Made by a program: the position numbers and the translations under genes. 64,000 nucleotides of DNA from Eledone cirrhosa (taxonomy: Eukaryota), in the NCBI GenBank assembly GCA_964016885.1, contig OZ024743.1, positions 104,904,001 to 104,968,000 of the forward strand, read 5' to 3'. Positions 30,784-45,462 of this stretch are shown here, piece after piece (positions within the stretch are counted from its first letter, which is position 1; every line of letters begins with the position of its first letter). The notes under the pieces are model-generated. The model was not told the DNA's origin. It saw only the letters and a program-made list of their open reading frames with translations, and did no database searches.

Positions 30784-31438
30784 TGTGTGTGTATGTGTAT
30801 ATATGTGTGTGTATGTGTGTATGTATATGTATGTGTGTGTGTATGTATGTGTGTATATGTATATATATATATATATATATATTTATATGTATATGTATAT
30901 GTATGTATGTGTGGGTGAAGGTATGTGTGTATATATAGGTGTAAGTGCACTAAATCCCTTTCTATCACGCTCCACTCTCCTACCCACCACAGGAAGATAT
31001 GTGTATGTATATTGCTTCCACCCCCTCACTGACCAGCAGCTGGCCAGTTGACGATTGCTAAATCTGACCTTTATAAAATAACTCACACCCCAAATAACTT
31101 CTCATTCACTACCAGAAAGGGACACAGCAGTCAATCTGTTGTTGCTACCTAGATGAAAACTGCTATGAAATCCCACAATGAATTTTATACTTGAATTTTC
31201 AAATCTCAAGTTTTAACTCTTCGTATTATTAATTTTTCTTAATATTAATCAACATTTGAAAAGATGGCTTTTGCAGACCCATCGAAACCGGTCATTTTTT
31301 ATACCCTTTATTATTTCCTTACCTTATAAAATTATGTTTTTTCACAAAAAAGTATTCTGTCTCTTATATAGTCCATGTGCCATTACCAACCTCAATTTTC
31401 TCTATAACCTTCGTTTTGTGTAGAAAATTACACTTTTC
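30426..31438. mobile_element. ORF-less HHR element family E with ~180 bp inverted arms
   Basis: 30426-30608 is the reverse complement of 31219-31401; HHR at 30528-30575(-) and 31251-31298(+). Confidence 0.8.
31251..31298 (+). ncRNA. Minimal type I HHR, U3-A8 core variant (family E)
   Basis: AACAT-TTGAAAA-GATGG[11 nt]CCATC-GAAA-CCG-GTC-ATTTT; palindromic ACCGGT stem III; weak stem I. Confidence 0.65.
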
Positions 31439-31478
<40 letters not shown>

Positions 31479-31490
31479 ATTTATATATAT

Positions 31491-31630
31491 ATATATTTAT
31501 TGTATAGAAGGAGCTTCTACAGGACTAGTACTGTTTCATTCAGATGAAATCTTCGGGAAGCTTCCTGAAGATTTCATCTGAATGAAACAGTACTAGTCCT
31601 GTAGAAGCTCCTTCTATACAATAAATATAT
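31491..31630. repeat. 140-bp near-perfect palindrome containing family C HHR (31560-31608 +)
   Basis: Centre AAG|CTT at 31560/31561, one mismatch; GCTTC-CTGAAGA-TTTC ATCT GAAT-GAAA-CAG TACTAGTC CTG-TA-GAAGC. Confidence 0.9.
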
Positions 31631-31720
31631 TTTACTCTGCCATGTATTGAATACCTTAATTACTGTGGTTATCCCCGACTCAACCCGGGACCTACGTATA
31701 TATATATATATATATATATA

Positions 31721-31961
31721 TTTATTAAAATAACAGATTAAACTTTAAGCAAAGAATCGCCGCTTTCACCCTTAACGGGATCTTCTGAAACTAACACTTT
31801 GTTAGTTTCAGAAGATCCCGTTAAGGGTGAAAGCAGCGATTCTTTGCTTAAACTTTAATCTGTTATTTTAATAAATATTTGCTCTACGGTTCTTATATAT
31901 TTGATATATATTTATCCTTATCGAGCCCTTTTTGGATTTTAGTCTTCAAATTTATTATTAT

Positions 31962-31966
<5 letters not shown>
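31721..31966 (+). mobile_element. Solo Naiad-2 pLTR with ~75 bp fold-back; family D HHR at 31804-31854
   Basis: AGTTT-CAGAAGA-TCCC GTTAA GGGT-GAAA-GCA[9 nt]TGC-TT-AAACT; arms 31721-31796 and 31800-31875. Confidence 0.75.
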
Positions 31967-32056
<90 letters not shown>

Positions 32057-32613
32057 TATAAACTTAAGAAAATTAATAATGAGAAGATAAGACAACGAAC
32101 AGAAAATTGGCAAAAAGAAAAACGATTTTTTAAGGGGAAACCTTAAAAAACCTTAATTACGTATACCACAGTATATGTGGTTTTCGATGTATGTTTGTGT
32201 AGATATGTTAGCTTGTCGGCATATATTTGGATATATATGTATATTCATCCACCACTTTATCCTATCAATCCCACCAACATTTTTTACTACCCCCTCCCCT
32301 ACATTCACCTGCACAATCACCACCTGCCTTTCCTGTTATAAATTTTCTCTCTCACTCACATATTGAAGAGTACAAGTTATGAAATAGACTGGCTTACGCA
32401 CATGGTTGGTCGAAATAATTAGAATTCTGACTCTAACCAGCGCGCTAACTATATATCGCTGTCTAATCGCTGGTTGGCATTTAATGTCCGGAAAATGTTT
32501 TAGGCACTACCATTGTTACTAACGCACTATTTCTCGCCATGGGACTTGGAGACTAGAGGCGAATGCTATCCTTCTATTGTACAGCGATTGGAGACTGAAC
32601 TTTTCTAAAAACC

Positions 32614-34260
32614 ATGGTGAAAACCATGTTTGGTGAAAAGGCTGAGAAGGAATTGAACAATATCCCGCCTTCAAATTATACAATACGCAGAAGAATCCTA
32701 GATATATCGAAAAATATTGAAGACAATGTTCAGAAAAAGCTTAAGAATTCTAATTTTGCTTTAACCGTGGATGAATCCACTGATATCAGTAATAAAAGTC
32801 AATTGCTTGCATTTGTATGTTTTATTGACGAGAATGAAATAATCAATCAATTTTTGTGCTGTATAGAAATGTCCACAACTAGAAGAGGTCAAGATATTTT
32901 TGATTTGATAACAGGCTACCTCAAAGAAATGAATTTGTCTTGGAAGTCGTATGTTGGCATTTGCACCGATGGAGCCCCATATATGACAGGCTGTATTAAA
33001 GGATTTGTATCCTTCGTAGAAAAAGAAAATCCAAATCTCATTCGTACTCATTGCTTTCTACATAAAGAAGTTCTTGTTTCAAAAATATTGCAGGAAGATT
33101 TAAAGATTGTGTTACATCAAGTTGTTGGAATGGTCAATTATATAAAAAGTAGGCCATTCACGATTATTTGTACAACTGCACAAAGAGATGGACTCTCAGC
33201 ATGTTAAGTTATTAATGCACACTGAGGTTCGATGGCTGTCGAAAGGCAAAGTACAAAATCGTGTTCCCGAACTGCACAAGGAATTACTATCATTTTTGCT
33301 CCAGGAAAAGTAGGAGAAATTCTGTGAATACCTTAGTTGCGAATTTTAGATGTCTAAAATGGAATACCTAACAGAAATATTTAGTGAACTAAATAAAACA
33401 AACAGTAGTGTGCAAGGTAAAAACGAAAATATTCTGACTTCAACAGACAAGCTAGTTGCCCTCAAAAATAAAATTGTGATTTGGAAAAAAAGAGCAATCA
33501 CTGGCAACCTTGGTATGTTCCCTTTATTGCATTCTACCTGCATTAGAGAAATGATCCCTATTGTGGTTACTCATCTGACAGCCCTGGACGAAAGCATCAA
33601 CAATTACTTTCCGTCATTAAAGACAGAAAAGTATGATTGGATTAGAGATCCTTTCATAAATCATTCTTCCAACATTGAACTTGAGTTACAGGAAGAAGAA
33701 GAATTGGCCACCCTTTCTAGTGACCGAGGGTTAAAATAAAAATATTCGACTCTGCCCATTGATTCATTTTGGATTTCAATTCAAGAGAAGTATCCCATAT
33801 TATGTAAAAGAGCTTTAGCAATTTTATTACAATTTTCAACTTCTTATATATGTGAATTAGAATTCTCAACATTAAACAACATCAAAAACAAGAAGCGTGA
33901 GAGATTACGTACAACGGAAGAAGAAATGAGGGTGTGTCTGTCTCATATTCGACCAAACATTGGGGAAATTATGAATAAAAGCCAGGCACAAATTTCTCAC
34001 TAAAGAAGCCAGCTATTTGAGTGATGAAATTCGAAACACTGCAATAAAGTAAGTTCATAGCTGTATTTTTCTTTAGTTAGTTTGAGTCATTCTATGTGTC
34101 TATGACTAGTCTGAGTCTACGGTTGTATGCGGTCTATGATTTGCTATGTTTTTATTTTGTAAAATTTAAATATATTTCATATATATTTAGCCAGGTGTGC
34201 CGGTATTTTTTCATGTGTTCCAAGGTGTGCCGTTGGCTAAAAAAAGGTTGAGAACCACTG
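32614..34260 (+). mobile_element. Decayed hAT transposon (Buster/Charlie, ZBED5/SCAND3-like transposase) with right TIR
   Basis: LTVDESTD, ICTDGAP, THCFLH; after a frameshift HTEVRWLSKG, WIRDPF, FSTSYICE; stops at ~33349 and 33739; TIR AAGGTTGAGAACCACTG at 34244-34260; left TIR not found. Confidence 0.9.
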
Positions 34261-34428
34261 TATTAGAGTCACGCTCAGATACAGGGTATATATATATATA
34301 TTGTTAATTCACTGGGACTCCAGTTCCTCAGTGAAATAACAACCCAACAAGGAACTGGGCATATCAGAGTATTGACAATACCATACACCTAAACAACATA
34401 TGTACTTGTCTATACCACACTAATTCAA

Positions 34429-34483
34429 ACTGCCTGAAGAGGTCACAGTCAAAGATGTCTGTCACTGAAATATATATAGCAGT
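34429..34483 (+). ncRNA. Minimal type I hammerhead ribozyme (family F)
   Basis: ACTGC-CTGAAGA-GGTCACAG[10 nt]CTGTCACT-GAAA-TATAT-ATA-GCAGT. Confidence 0.8.
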
Positions 34484-34641
34484 AATAAACGAAGCTAAAT
34501 TTTAATCATTTGACTTTTATTTAACTTTATTTTACACTACTCCGGAGTAACCAAGTAACCAAACCAACCTGCGCACTTCGTCAAGTGCTCCAGCCTGCAT
34601 ACTGAGGTGTTGGTATACAACCAACATAAACTCAAAATCTA

Positions 34642-34680
<39 letters not shown>

Positions 34681-34684
<4 letters not shown>

Positions 34685-35110
34685 ATACTTGGGGAGGGTC
34701 TCATGTGTGTGTAATAATATTGACAGGATTAATAACAGAACACACAGTTTGGTTGGTTTTCGCTTCTGTATCTTTTATATCAGTTAAATTAATTTATTCG
34801 GTCCTCAATGTTACTATTGACTGACCAACGGTCAAAATTACACATATAATATAGACACGAACACATATATATAGTCTAACAAAGTTCTTTCGTTGCACAT
34901 CTGCAACATCGTCAGTGGTGCTATTATGTTTCCTCCTGTTGTATTGTATGTATACGCCATCTTTATTTCAATGGTAACATTGAGGACCGAATAAATTAAA
35001 TTAACTGATATAAAAGATACAGAAGCGAAAACCAACCAAACAGTGAATGTGGTCTGTTATTAATTCTGGCAATATTATTACACAAATATGACCCTCCCCA
35101 AGTATAACAA
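34681..35110. mobile_element. Inverted-arm element with family G HHR-like core at 34875-34920(-)
   Basis: Arms 34681-34820 and 34968-35110; minus-strand CTGACGA-T-GTTGCA GATG TGCAAC-GAAA-GAACTT; arm sequence also at 28047, 39577 and 47508. Confidence 0.7.
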
Positions 35111-35261
35111 TATTTGTTTCGACACACGATTTCATATAAAAAACCACGCAAAACTATATATATAAACTGAATACTAACCAATACTATTACTAATTGTCAC
35201 TTATTCCTAATTAAACTATTTTTCACTGTGAACAATTTGTCAGCATTTTCTTTTCCGTTTA

Positions 35262-35329
<68 letters not shown>

Positions 35330-35332
<3 letters not shown>

Positions 35333-35457
35333 CAAAGAAATTGTGGTAAGGAACCAGATGGACCATAACGCACCAGAGTACTCAATACTTAGGGTAGTAC
35401 TGGACTAGAAATAGCCGTCGAAACGGCTTGAGCTCTGCCGTCGGGGTCATACTTTTT

Positions 35458-35461
<4 letters not shown>
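35330..35461. mobile_element. Family K pLTR-like end with internal inversion
   Basis: 35330-35400 is collinear with 52970-53038; 35407-35461 is inverted relative to that copy. Confidence 0.75.
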
Positions 35462-35514
<53 letters not shown>

Positions 35515-35517
<3 letters not shown>

Positions 35518-35930
35518 CATACATAGTAGCTGCCAACTCGTTTTCGAGTACGGCCACTACTTTATATCCACGTAGGAGAACCCCTTCCGATGCGCTGAAC
35601 GAGTGTGACCTTTTAGTCCAGACTTGAAAACTCTGGTACAAACACTACACTTGTGACAATTACTGACACATAGTGCTGGGCCCATGGTCCCATGTGATGA
35701 CAAGTGCAGAGAGATCTCCAGATATAAAGCAATGCCTGTGTCGTGAAGCTTTTATATTGAGCAAAGGCACTGCACAAAGCCAGTCCCACTCTCTTAACCA
35801 AGATGATATTTACCAAAAAGAAGAACAAGTCAACATCATTGGATACCATCAGAGTTGCAGGTGTTATATCAGAGTTTTCCTTCTCCTAGAATTCTGCCTT
35901 GACAAAGGCTAAGGGGTCATCTGTCCCGGA
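35515..35930 (-). mobile_element. Non-autonomous RTE-derived retroposon with (ATGT)n tail
   Basis: Homologous to 58065-58400 and 59190-59605. Confidence 0.8.
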
Positions 35931-35986
35931 TACATACATACATACATACATACATACATACATACATACATACATACATACATACA

Positions 35987-36018
<32 letters not shown>

Positions 36019-36204
36019 ATATTCAGGATACTATTTATGGTTATGTATATTTTTGTATATTTTAAACCTTAAACAGTGAAGGTCAGTAATTTATTACTAC
36101 CTGATTACCAGTAAGATAAATAGCTCAATGTAATAACATCAGTTGTTCTACAGAGCAGTTATATAGAATTCCCAAGAATCAACGCTATGTTCAAAGCATT
36201 TATT

Positions 36205-36251
36205 CACTTACAATTGTTTCATCCAAACCTAGGCTTGGAGTCTTCGGAGCA
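36205..36251 (-). ncRNA. Minimal type I HHR, C4 variant (family H)
   Basis: TGCT-CCGAAGA-CTCCAAG CCTAGG TTTGGAT-GAAA-CAATT-GTA-AGTG; palindromic ACAATTGT stem III. Confidence 0.65.
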
Positions 36252-36405
36252 TTTTACAATGTTTGTACACATAATTGACCTCCTATCCAACGCAAGAGAC
36301 ATACAGATACATATATATATATATTGATGTACAGTGGAGTGACATATATTATACTATACTATCTTAATAATAAACCACTGTAGATTCTCGCAGCAGAAAG
36401 AACCT

Positions 36406-37175
<770 letters not shown>

Positions 37176-37830
37176 ATTACAATACACTCCCGCATATATA
37201 TATATGTGTGTATATATATGTAATAAAATATTACAATACTTTACTTATTTATTCAAAATTTACCTAACCATTAATATATTAAACGAGACCAAATGACTCA
37301 TAATTCACACATTAAACTGATGTTTATGTCTCTTCAATATGTTTCCAACACTTGGCTGTTTATAACCTCCAGTCTATTAGTTATGTAATTTATATGTTCC
37401 ACCTGAACAGTGTCATTTCTTTCTTCATCTAAATATGTCTACCTATTAGTATGTCATATATATATTTTGTTACTTTTACTAAATTCTCATTATTAATATT
37501 ATTATTGAAGACTTTGGATTGACAGAGGTGTTAAAACACGTATTTGCTCCAAAGTTTTACGTTCTGAGTTCACCCCCCCCCCCCGATTACCAGTAAGTAC
37601 TATATTTTGTTATAATAAATGTTATAGTATATATATATATACATATATCAGATTAGAGGAAACATCACGGGCGCTCTATCTCAAAATTATTTTTGAAAAG
37701 CATTAGAAATACGCAACCGGTAAAATCTTAAAACTAAACTGAATACTAACCAATACTTATTACTAATTTATACTTATTCCTAATTAAACTATTTTTCAAT
37801 GGGAAAAATTTGTCAGCATTTTCTTTTCCT

Positions 37831-37869
<39 letters not shown>

Positions 37870-37872
<3 letters not shown>

Positions 37873-38200
37873 ATTAATAAATGGAAACTATATTTATTTC
37901 ATTATATATATTTCAAATCCATTATATATATAAGTTCAAATCCAGCCGAGGTTGACTTTGCCTTTCATCCTTACGGGGTCGATAAAATAAAGTACCAGTA
38001 ATGTACTGGGTAATTGCTGGCCTTGTGCCAAAAGTAGAAACAATTATATATATTTCAAGGATACCAAGTTAAATCATGGTATGCCTTAATCAGACAAAAT
38101 ACAATATATAACAGTTTTATAAATAGATATTGACGTACCCTTTCAAAAAGGTGACCGTTGTTTTTGGAGGCCACCCGAGTGCTTTATATCAGTTATAATA
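37870..38200 (-). mobile_element. Naiad family A pLTR interrupted by a SINE fragment (37933-38045 +)
   Basis: Matches 2085-2280; ATTATATATATTTCAA is duplicated around the SINE; core decayed to CTGATTA. Confidence 0.75.
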
Positions 38201-38324
38201 ATATTTGCTTGTTGTATCCCAACAATTTAAATAGAACTTTTGCATATATATATATATATATATATTTTTTTTTTAAGCTTGTTGAATCCCAACAAATTAA
38301 ATATAACTTCTGCATATATATATA

Positions 38325-38462
38325 GGCGAATTGGCAGAGTCGTTAGAACGTCGTATAGAGTGCTTTATGGTATTCGTTCCGGCTGTCTACTCCCTGAGTT
38401 CAAATCCCACCGAGGTCAATTTTGTCTTTCAGCCTTTCGAGGTCGATAAAAAAAGTACCAGT
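38325..38462 (+). mobile_element. Older tRNA-derived SINE copy
   Basis: TTGGCAGAGTCGTTAGAACG...GAGTTCAAATCCCACCGAGGTC...CTTTCGAGGTCGATAAAA. Confidence 0.8.
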
Positions 38463-38596
38463 TTACTTCTTCTATATTTCTTCTCTCTCACTTTCTATCT
38501 TTCTCTGGAAGAAATCTGCTCCGCCAGGCTTAAAGTGCCCCCAAAACGCCGTATAAACGGCGCCTCTACGACTCTATCACCAGTTTCGGGACCATA

Positions 38597-38642
<46 letters not shown>

Positions 38643-38823
38643 TGGTATTCGCTGTTCACAGTGGGGCCGATAACGATGTTAGAACTTAATACGGCTTTGT
38701 AAAGATAGTTTCAAGGAGATTAAGGTGAGAGCTATAGATTTTGAAGTAGTCTCTCATCGCAAAGTTTCCCTCAAAGATTCTATTTATGCCACAGAGTCAT
38801 TTATATATATGTGTGTGTTTGAA

Positions 38824-38859
<36 letters not shown>

Positions 38860-38863
<4 letters not shown>

Positions 38864-39172
38864 GTAATGTCAACTCTGGATGTCGGTAAGCATGTCCAGC
38901 CAACCCCAGTCTCCTCTGTGTCACTTTTGAGCTGACTTTTGGGATGCTCCCATACAGCTCTGAGTTTTTCATCCTCAGTGTATACTCCTTTGGGAGCCCC
39001 TACATGGACACACTAGAAGAGGAAGACCAAGGTTAACATATGTTGATGCCCTAAGGACAGACACTGGTCTGTTGGAGATGCAGGATATGGCAGCGATAAT
39101 GAGGGACAGAGACCGCTGGAGAGAAAATCGTCCATGGATCTCGGGAATTTTACCCGCCTTAGATAGATAGAT
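38860..39172 (+). mobile_element. RTE-like LINE 3' end with 5' inversion and (AGAT)n tail
   Basis: Minus: ELYGSIPKVSSKVTQRRLGLAGHAYRHPEL. Plus: ILLWEPLHGHTRRGRPRLTYVDALRTDTGL..MRDRDRWR. Confidence 0.8.
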
Positions 39173-39465
39173 ATATTGTGTTTGTGTTTGAACTAATTAA
39201 GAACCTATCTTCGACTTTTGTTTTATTTTCATTGTTCAAACACATACACACATATATATATACGAGAGTCGGTTGAAAAGTTAATAGGCTGACTAAGATA
39301 CTCCCAAGGAACGACTAAATGAAGTTTATTTTTTGGCATAGAAACAATGGATAGAAACAATGCAGTTATTGCGAAGAAGAATTGAAATTAATGCATGCAG
39401 GATTTCACAACTAGCGTCCACTCATTCAACTTCGTATATATATATATATATATATATATATGTAA

Positions 39466-39519
<54 letters not shown>

Positions 39520-39948
39520 CGTTTCTGAATTTGTTTAGCACGATTCTTTATCTGAAAACGTGTGTTGAAACCGATATTGTTATACTTTGGGAGGGTCTTG
39601 TTGCCAATAAGAAACACACGCACCAGTTGCTTTCACTTCAATTTATTATAATAAATTTATAAATTTATAAATTTCCGGTTGGTTGGTTGGTTCCACAACC
39701 AGATGATTGTTTATATATTGTCAAACTTCTTTCGTCACACATTCTGTGACCTCTTCAGTGACTGGGGATTCTTTTCTTTGTTTTTGTGCCTCTCCTTTGT
39801 TCTGTCCTACACCATCTTGTTTTTGTGTGTGTTGTGTGCTTAGTTTGCGCATGTGTTACATCCGGGTGTCTGTGTGTGTTTATATTTGTTTATTTATTTG
39901 TTTATTTACATGTTACTGGTTGGTTGTTTGTTCTATGTGCGTGTGTGT

Positions 39949-40057
39949 TTTCATTTTGTTCTTAATTGTAAGTTGTGATGTTGCTGTTCCATTCATGAAT
40001 GGAACAGCAACATCACAACTTACAACTTTCAACTTACAATTAAGGACAAAATGAAAA
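39949..40057. repeat. Hairpin palindrome centred on TTCATGAA
   Basis: TTGTAAGTTGTGATGTTGCTGTTCCATTC-AT-GAATGGAACAGCAACATCACAACTTACAA, extended by TTTCATTTTGT / ACAAAATGAAA. Confidence 0.9.
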
Positions 40058-40100
40058 TGCTCGTATAGTTGTTGTTTTTTGTTGTTATTTTCTTTTGTTA

Positions 40101-40305
40101 GGGCGTTGTATTGACAGTATCGGTACAGAGTGGGAGACCATGCTTTTCAGCATAGGGTTCGGCCTTCAAATCCCGCCGAGGTTAGCTTTGCCTTTCATCC
40201 TTACGGGGTCGATAAATAAAGCACCAATAATGCACTGAGGTCGATTTAATCGACCTTCCCCTCCCCCAAATATTATTTGCCTTGTGCGTAAATCAGAAAT
40301 CATTA
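40101..40305 (+). mobile_element. tRNA-derived SINE
   Basis: Family head and core motifs. Confidence 0.8.
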
Positions 40306-40795
40306 TTTTGTTTTGTTGTTCTTGTGATAGTGATGGCGGTGTTGACATTTTTAGCAACGGGAAATTCATTTCATAGTTTTCTCGTGTTGTATCATTGTTG
40401 ATGTCGCTGCTGTTGTTTCTGCTGCAGCTCTCACTCAATGTTGTCGTCCCATTCTACGGATGGATGGCTCTTCTTTTCAGCAGCCGCACATTCCTCGTCC
40501 ACCATCTTTCTTTTTTAAACAAAAACCGAGGGGCGTGTTTGATAAACAAACGCTGGTTTACCCTTTAAGGGCTGCAGATGAAGAAAAACTATCCAGCTCC
40601 GTCGGGTTCTGGTTAGTTTATCTATGTAACCCTTTTACCCTTTTACCTGTTCCAGCCATCCGGCTGAGGCCATGCTGGGGCACTAAAAAATTTCAATGTA
40701 TAAATTTTGAAACAAAGGAAATTATAACATACTTACAGTAGCTATGGGAACCACCTTTCGAAAGACTCAACAACAATGATTTAATAGTAATAATA

Positions 40796-41412
40796 ATGGT
40801 TTCTGATTTAGGCACAAGGCCAGCAATTTTGGGGGACGGGAAATAGATTTAATGGACCCCAGTACATTACTGGTACTTTATTTTAACCACTGGTACTTTA
40901 TTTTAACCACTCCGTAAGGATGAAAGACAAAGCTGACCTCGGTGGGATTAGAACTCAGAACATAATGGGTCGTAACACTATGCTGCGAAGCAGGGTGTCC
41001 GACGCTCTACCGATACTGCCATCCACAATGATAAGCACAAAGCCAGTAATTTGGGCGAGGGGAAAGTCGATTAAATCGATCCCAGTGCATTACTAGTACT
41101 TTATTTATCGATTCCGTAAAGTTAACCTCGGCGGGATTTGAAATCAGATCACACAGGGCCGTAACTCTATGCTGTAAAGCATGGTGTCCGACGCTCTACC
41201 GATACTGCCATCCACAATATTAATAATAATTGTTTCTACTTTTGGCACAAGGCCAGCAATTACCCAGTACATTACAGGTACTTTATTTTATCGACCCCGT
41301 AAGGATGAAAGGCAAAGTTAACCTCGGCGGGATTTGAACTCAGAATGGAAAGGGCCGTAACTCTATGCGTCAAAGCATGGCGTCCGACCCTCTATCGATA
41401 CTGCCAACCCAC
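40796..41412 (-). mobile_element. Three head-to-tail SINE copies
   Basis: Head sequence TCCGAC(G/C)CTCTA(C/T)CGATACTGCCA at ~41000, ~41190 and ~41385. Confidence 0.88.
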
Positions 41413-42405
41413 CATTTAATAATAATAATAATACTATTGACAATAATGACAATGACCACGAGGATGACGACGATAATGATGATGATAATGATGATGATAA
41501 AAATAATGATTTCAATCTAGTAAGATTGCAAATGGCAGGACGGAGTAGATAGCAAAAAAACACAAAAAAAAAACACAACAAAATAAACAAACAAAAATAC
41601 AACAAAAAAAAAAATGAAACAAAAAACAATACAACGAAAGTTATTTCGTTTTAATTTTTTGCCTGAACTAACATCTTCTCTACATGTTAATTCGTTGATC
41701 AAACCAACAACACCTTGTCGTCACATGTTAAAGTTTGCTGATTTAAACAGTTTCATCTCCCTTCTTTCTTTCTTCCATTCTTTCTTTCTTTCTTTTTTTC
41801 ATTCATTCTTTCTTTATTCTTTCTTTCATTCTTTCTTTCATTTTTTCTATCTTTCTCTTTTCTTTCTTTCTTTTTTTTTTTTCTGTTTTTGTTTTCCTTT
41901 TCTTTTCCTTTTTAAATTTCTGTAGCTTACTTTATTATATTTTCTCTTTGTTTTAGTTTGTTTTTTCTTGCATTTCTTATCCGTTTTCCTATTCTTCTTT
42001 CTCCTTTGTTTTTTCATCATTTTGTTTTGTCTTTTTCTTTTCTGGAATACATCGTTCGCATGGCAAAACGCTGCATTGAAGTGTGAATATTTTGATTGAG
42101 TCGTTCATTTTATATGCCCTGGGTTATGAAACAAACTAACTTCGCCCATTATTCCATTCACCCAGAGTATTTAGAAACTATTTACAAAAAAAACAAAAAA
42201 AAAATTGAATTAATCACATACGCACACAACTACAAATTTAATACACACACACAGACACACAGAAATGTTGGCAGAGAGGCATATACATTCATATGTATAA
42301 AAACGTTCACATAAGCATTTGCAGATAAGTATAGACATTAACTCATTCGCATAGGTGAAATCACAGACGTTTCGTTTCACGCACACACATGAACACACAC
42401 ACATG

Positions 42406-42457
<52 letters not shown>

Positions 42458-42604
42458 GTATGGATGTATAAGCGGTCAAACTATATGAAACACACAAACA
42501 CATACATACACACATATATATGTGTGTATGTGTGTATAAATTACATATATACATATACACACCTACATATATACATATATATATACACAAACTATCTTCT
42601 ATCC

Positions 42605-42742
<138 letters not shown>

Positions 42743-42759
42743 TATATATAGAGAGAGAA

Positions 42760-44070
<1,311 letters not shown>

Positions 44071-44314
44071 CTACCTGGAGTTGCGACCGATGGATAGTAT
44101 TACCAACTGGAAAGACCGACTAAAAACATTGTTTCCTCGGTCCGATTTGACGAAAGTCGATCGATCCTTTTATATATCTATCTATCTATATATATATATA
44201 TATGTATATCTATCTATATCTATCTATCTATCTATCTATCTCTCTCTCTATATATAGGAAAAGGTTCAGGACCCCGACGGCAGAGCTCAAGCCGTTTCGA
44301 TGACTATTTCTGCA

Positions 44315-44947
44315 TATCGAACATGGCCATTTCACTGATGGAATCAGAGTTGTGTCCTCTTTTCTACTTATCAACACTTTTTGTCTTAGCTAGGTTCACT
44401 CTCATTCCTCTTGATTCGAACTGCTGTTGCCATAGCCAGAATTTATTTTCTAGCTCCTCTACTAATTCTGATATAAGAACCAAATCGTCAGCATAGAGAA
44501 GTTTCCATGGGCAGCCAGTCTTAATTCCTCTGTTATGGTTTGGACGACTATAATGAACAAGAGAGGGCTGAGGACCGAACTCTGATGTACTCCTAATTGT
44601 ATCTAGAATTCCTCACTAAACTCCATTCCAACCCTCACTTTACTGACAGCACCTCTGTACATAGCTTACACTGTCCTCACAAGTCATTCCTCTACACCTA
44701 GTTTCCTTAGGGATCACCAGATGACAGATAGGAGTACCCTATCAAAGGCTTTCTGTAGGTCAACAAAAGCTAAGTATAGTGGCTTATTCTTCTCTAAGAA
44801 CCTCTCTTGTAGTTGTCTCACTAAGAAGAGGGCATCTGTTGTACTTTTCCCAGACACAAAACCAAACACCATCTCATCTAGTTTGACCCTTTCTCTTATT
44901 AGTTGCGGTAATATTCTTTCAGCCACTTTCATAACCTGATCCATCGT
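44315..44947 (-). pseudogene. RTE-clade LINE reverse transcriptase fragment
   Basis: FGFVSGKSTTDALFLVRQLQE..LYLAFVDLQKAFDRV; further on GVHQSSVLSPLLF and LLYADDLVL. Confidence 0.9.
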
Positions 44948-44959
44948 TTATTGCCTCTA

Positions 44960-45073
<114 letters not shown>

Positions 45074-45185
45074 GCAGATCTGACTGATCAGCCAGTCTGC
45101 TAATATGCAAATCAGGCCAATCAGTCACTCCATAATTTAGAAAATATATATTTTCACTAGCTCTGGCAGTTGACAGATGAACAGT

Positions 45186-45235
45186 GAACTGTACTGATGA
45201 AGGGTAATACCCAGAAACATTAGTGTCTGCAGTTC
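45186..45235 (+). ncRNA. Type I hammerhead ribozyme (family I)
   Basis: GAACTGTA-CTGATGA-AGGGT AAT ACCCA-GAAA-CA TTAG TG-TC-TGCAGTTC; 8-bp stem I, GUC site. Confidence 0.85.
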
Positions 45236-45366
45236 TGTTTACATGCCAACACAAGAGCAAGAATGAGGGGCTCATTCTACTGACATGGCTATAAAAATGA
45301 CGCTTGTTTGCATAATTGCAAACGAATCGAATATTATTATTAATATTCGAAAAACTTAGATTACAT

Positions 45367-45462
<96 letters not shown>

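Noticed and set aside
32614-34004. Domesticated ZBED5/SCAND3-like host gene
   Set aside because: Frameshift, stops and a retained TIR indicate a dead transposon.
39261-39436. Mariner-like MITE (TACGAGAGTCGGTTGAAAAGT ... TTCGTA)
   Set aside because: The right TIR is too degenerate to support a call.
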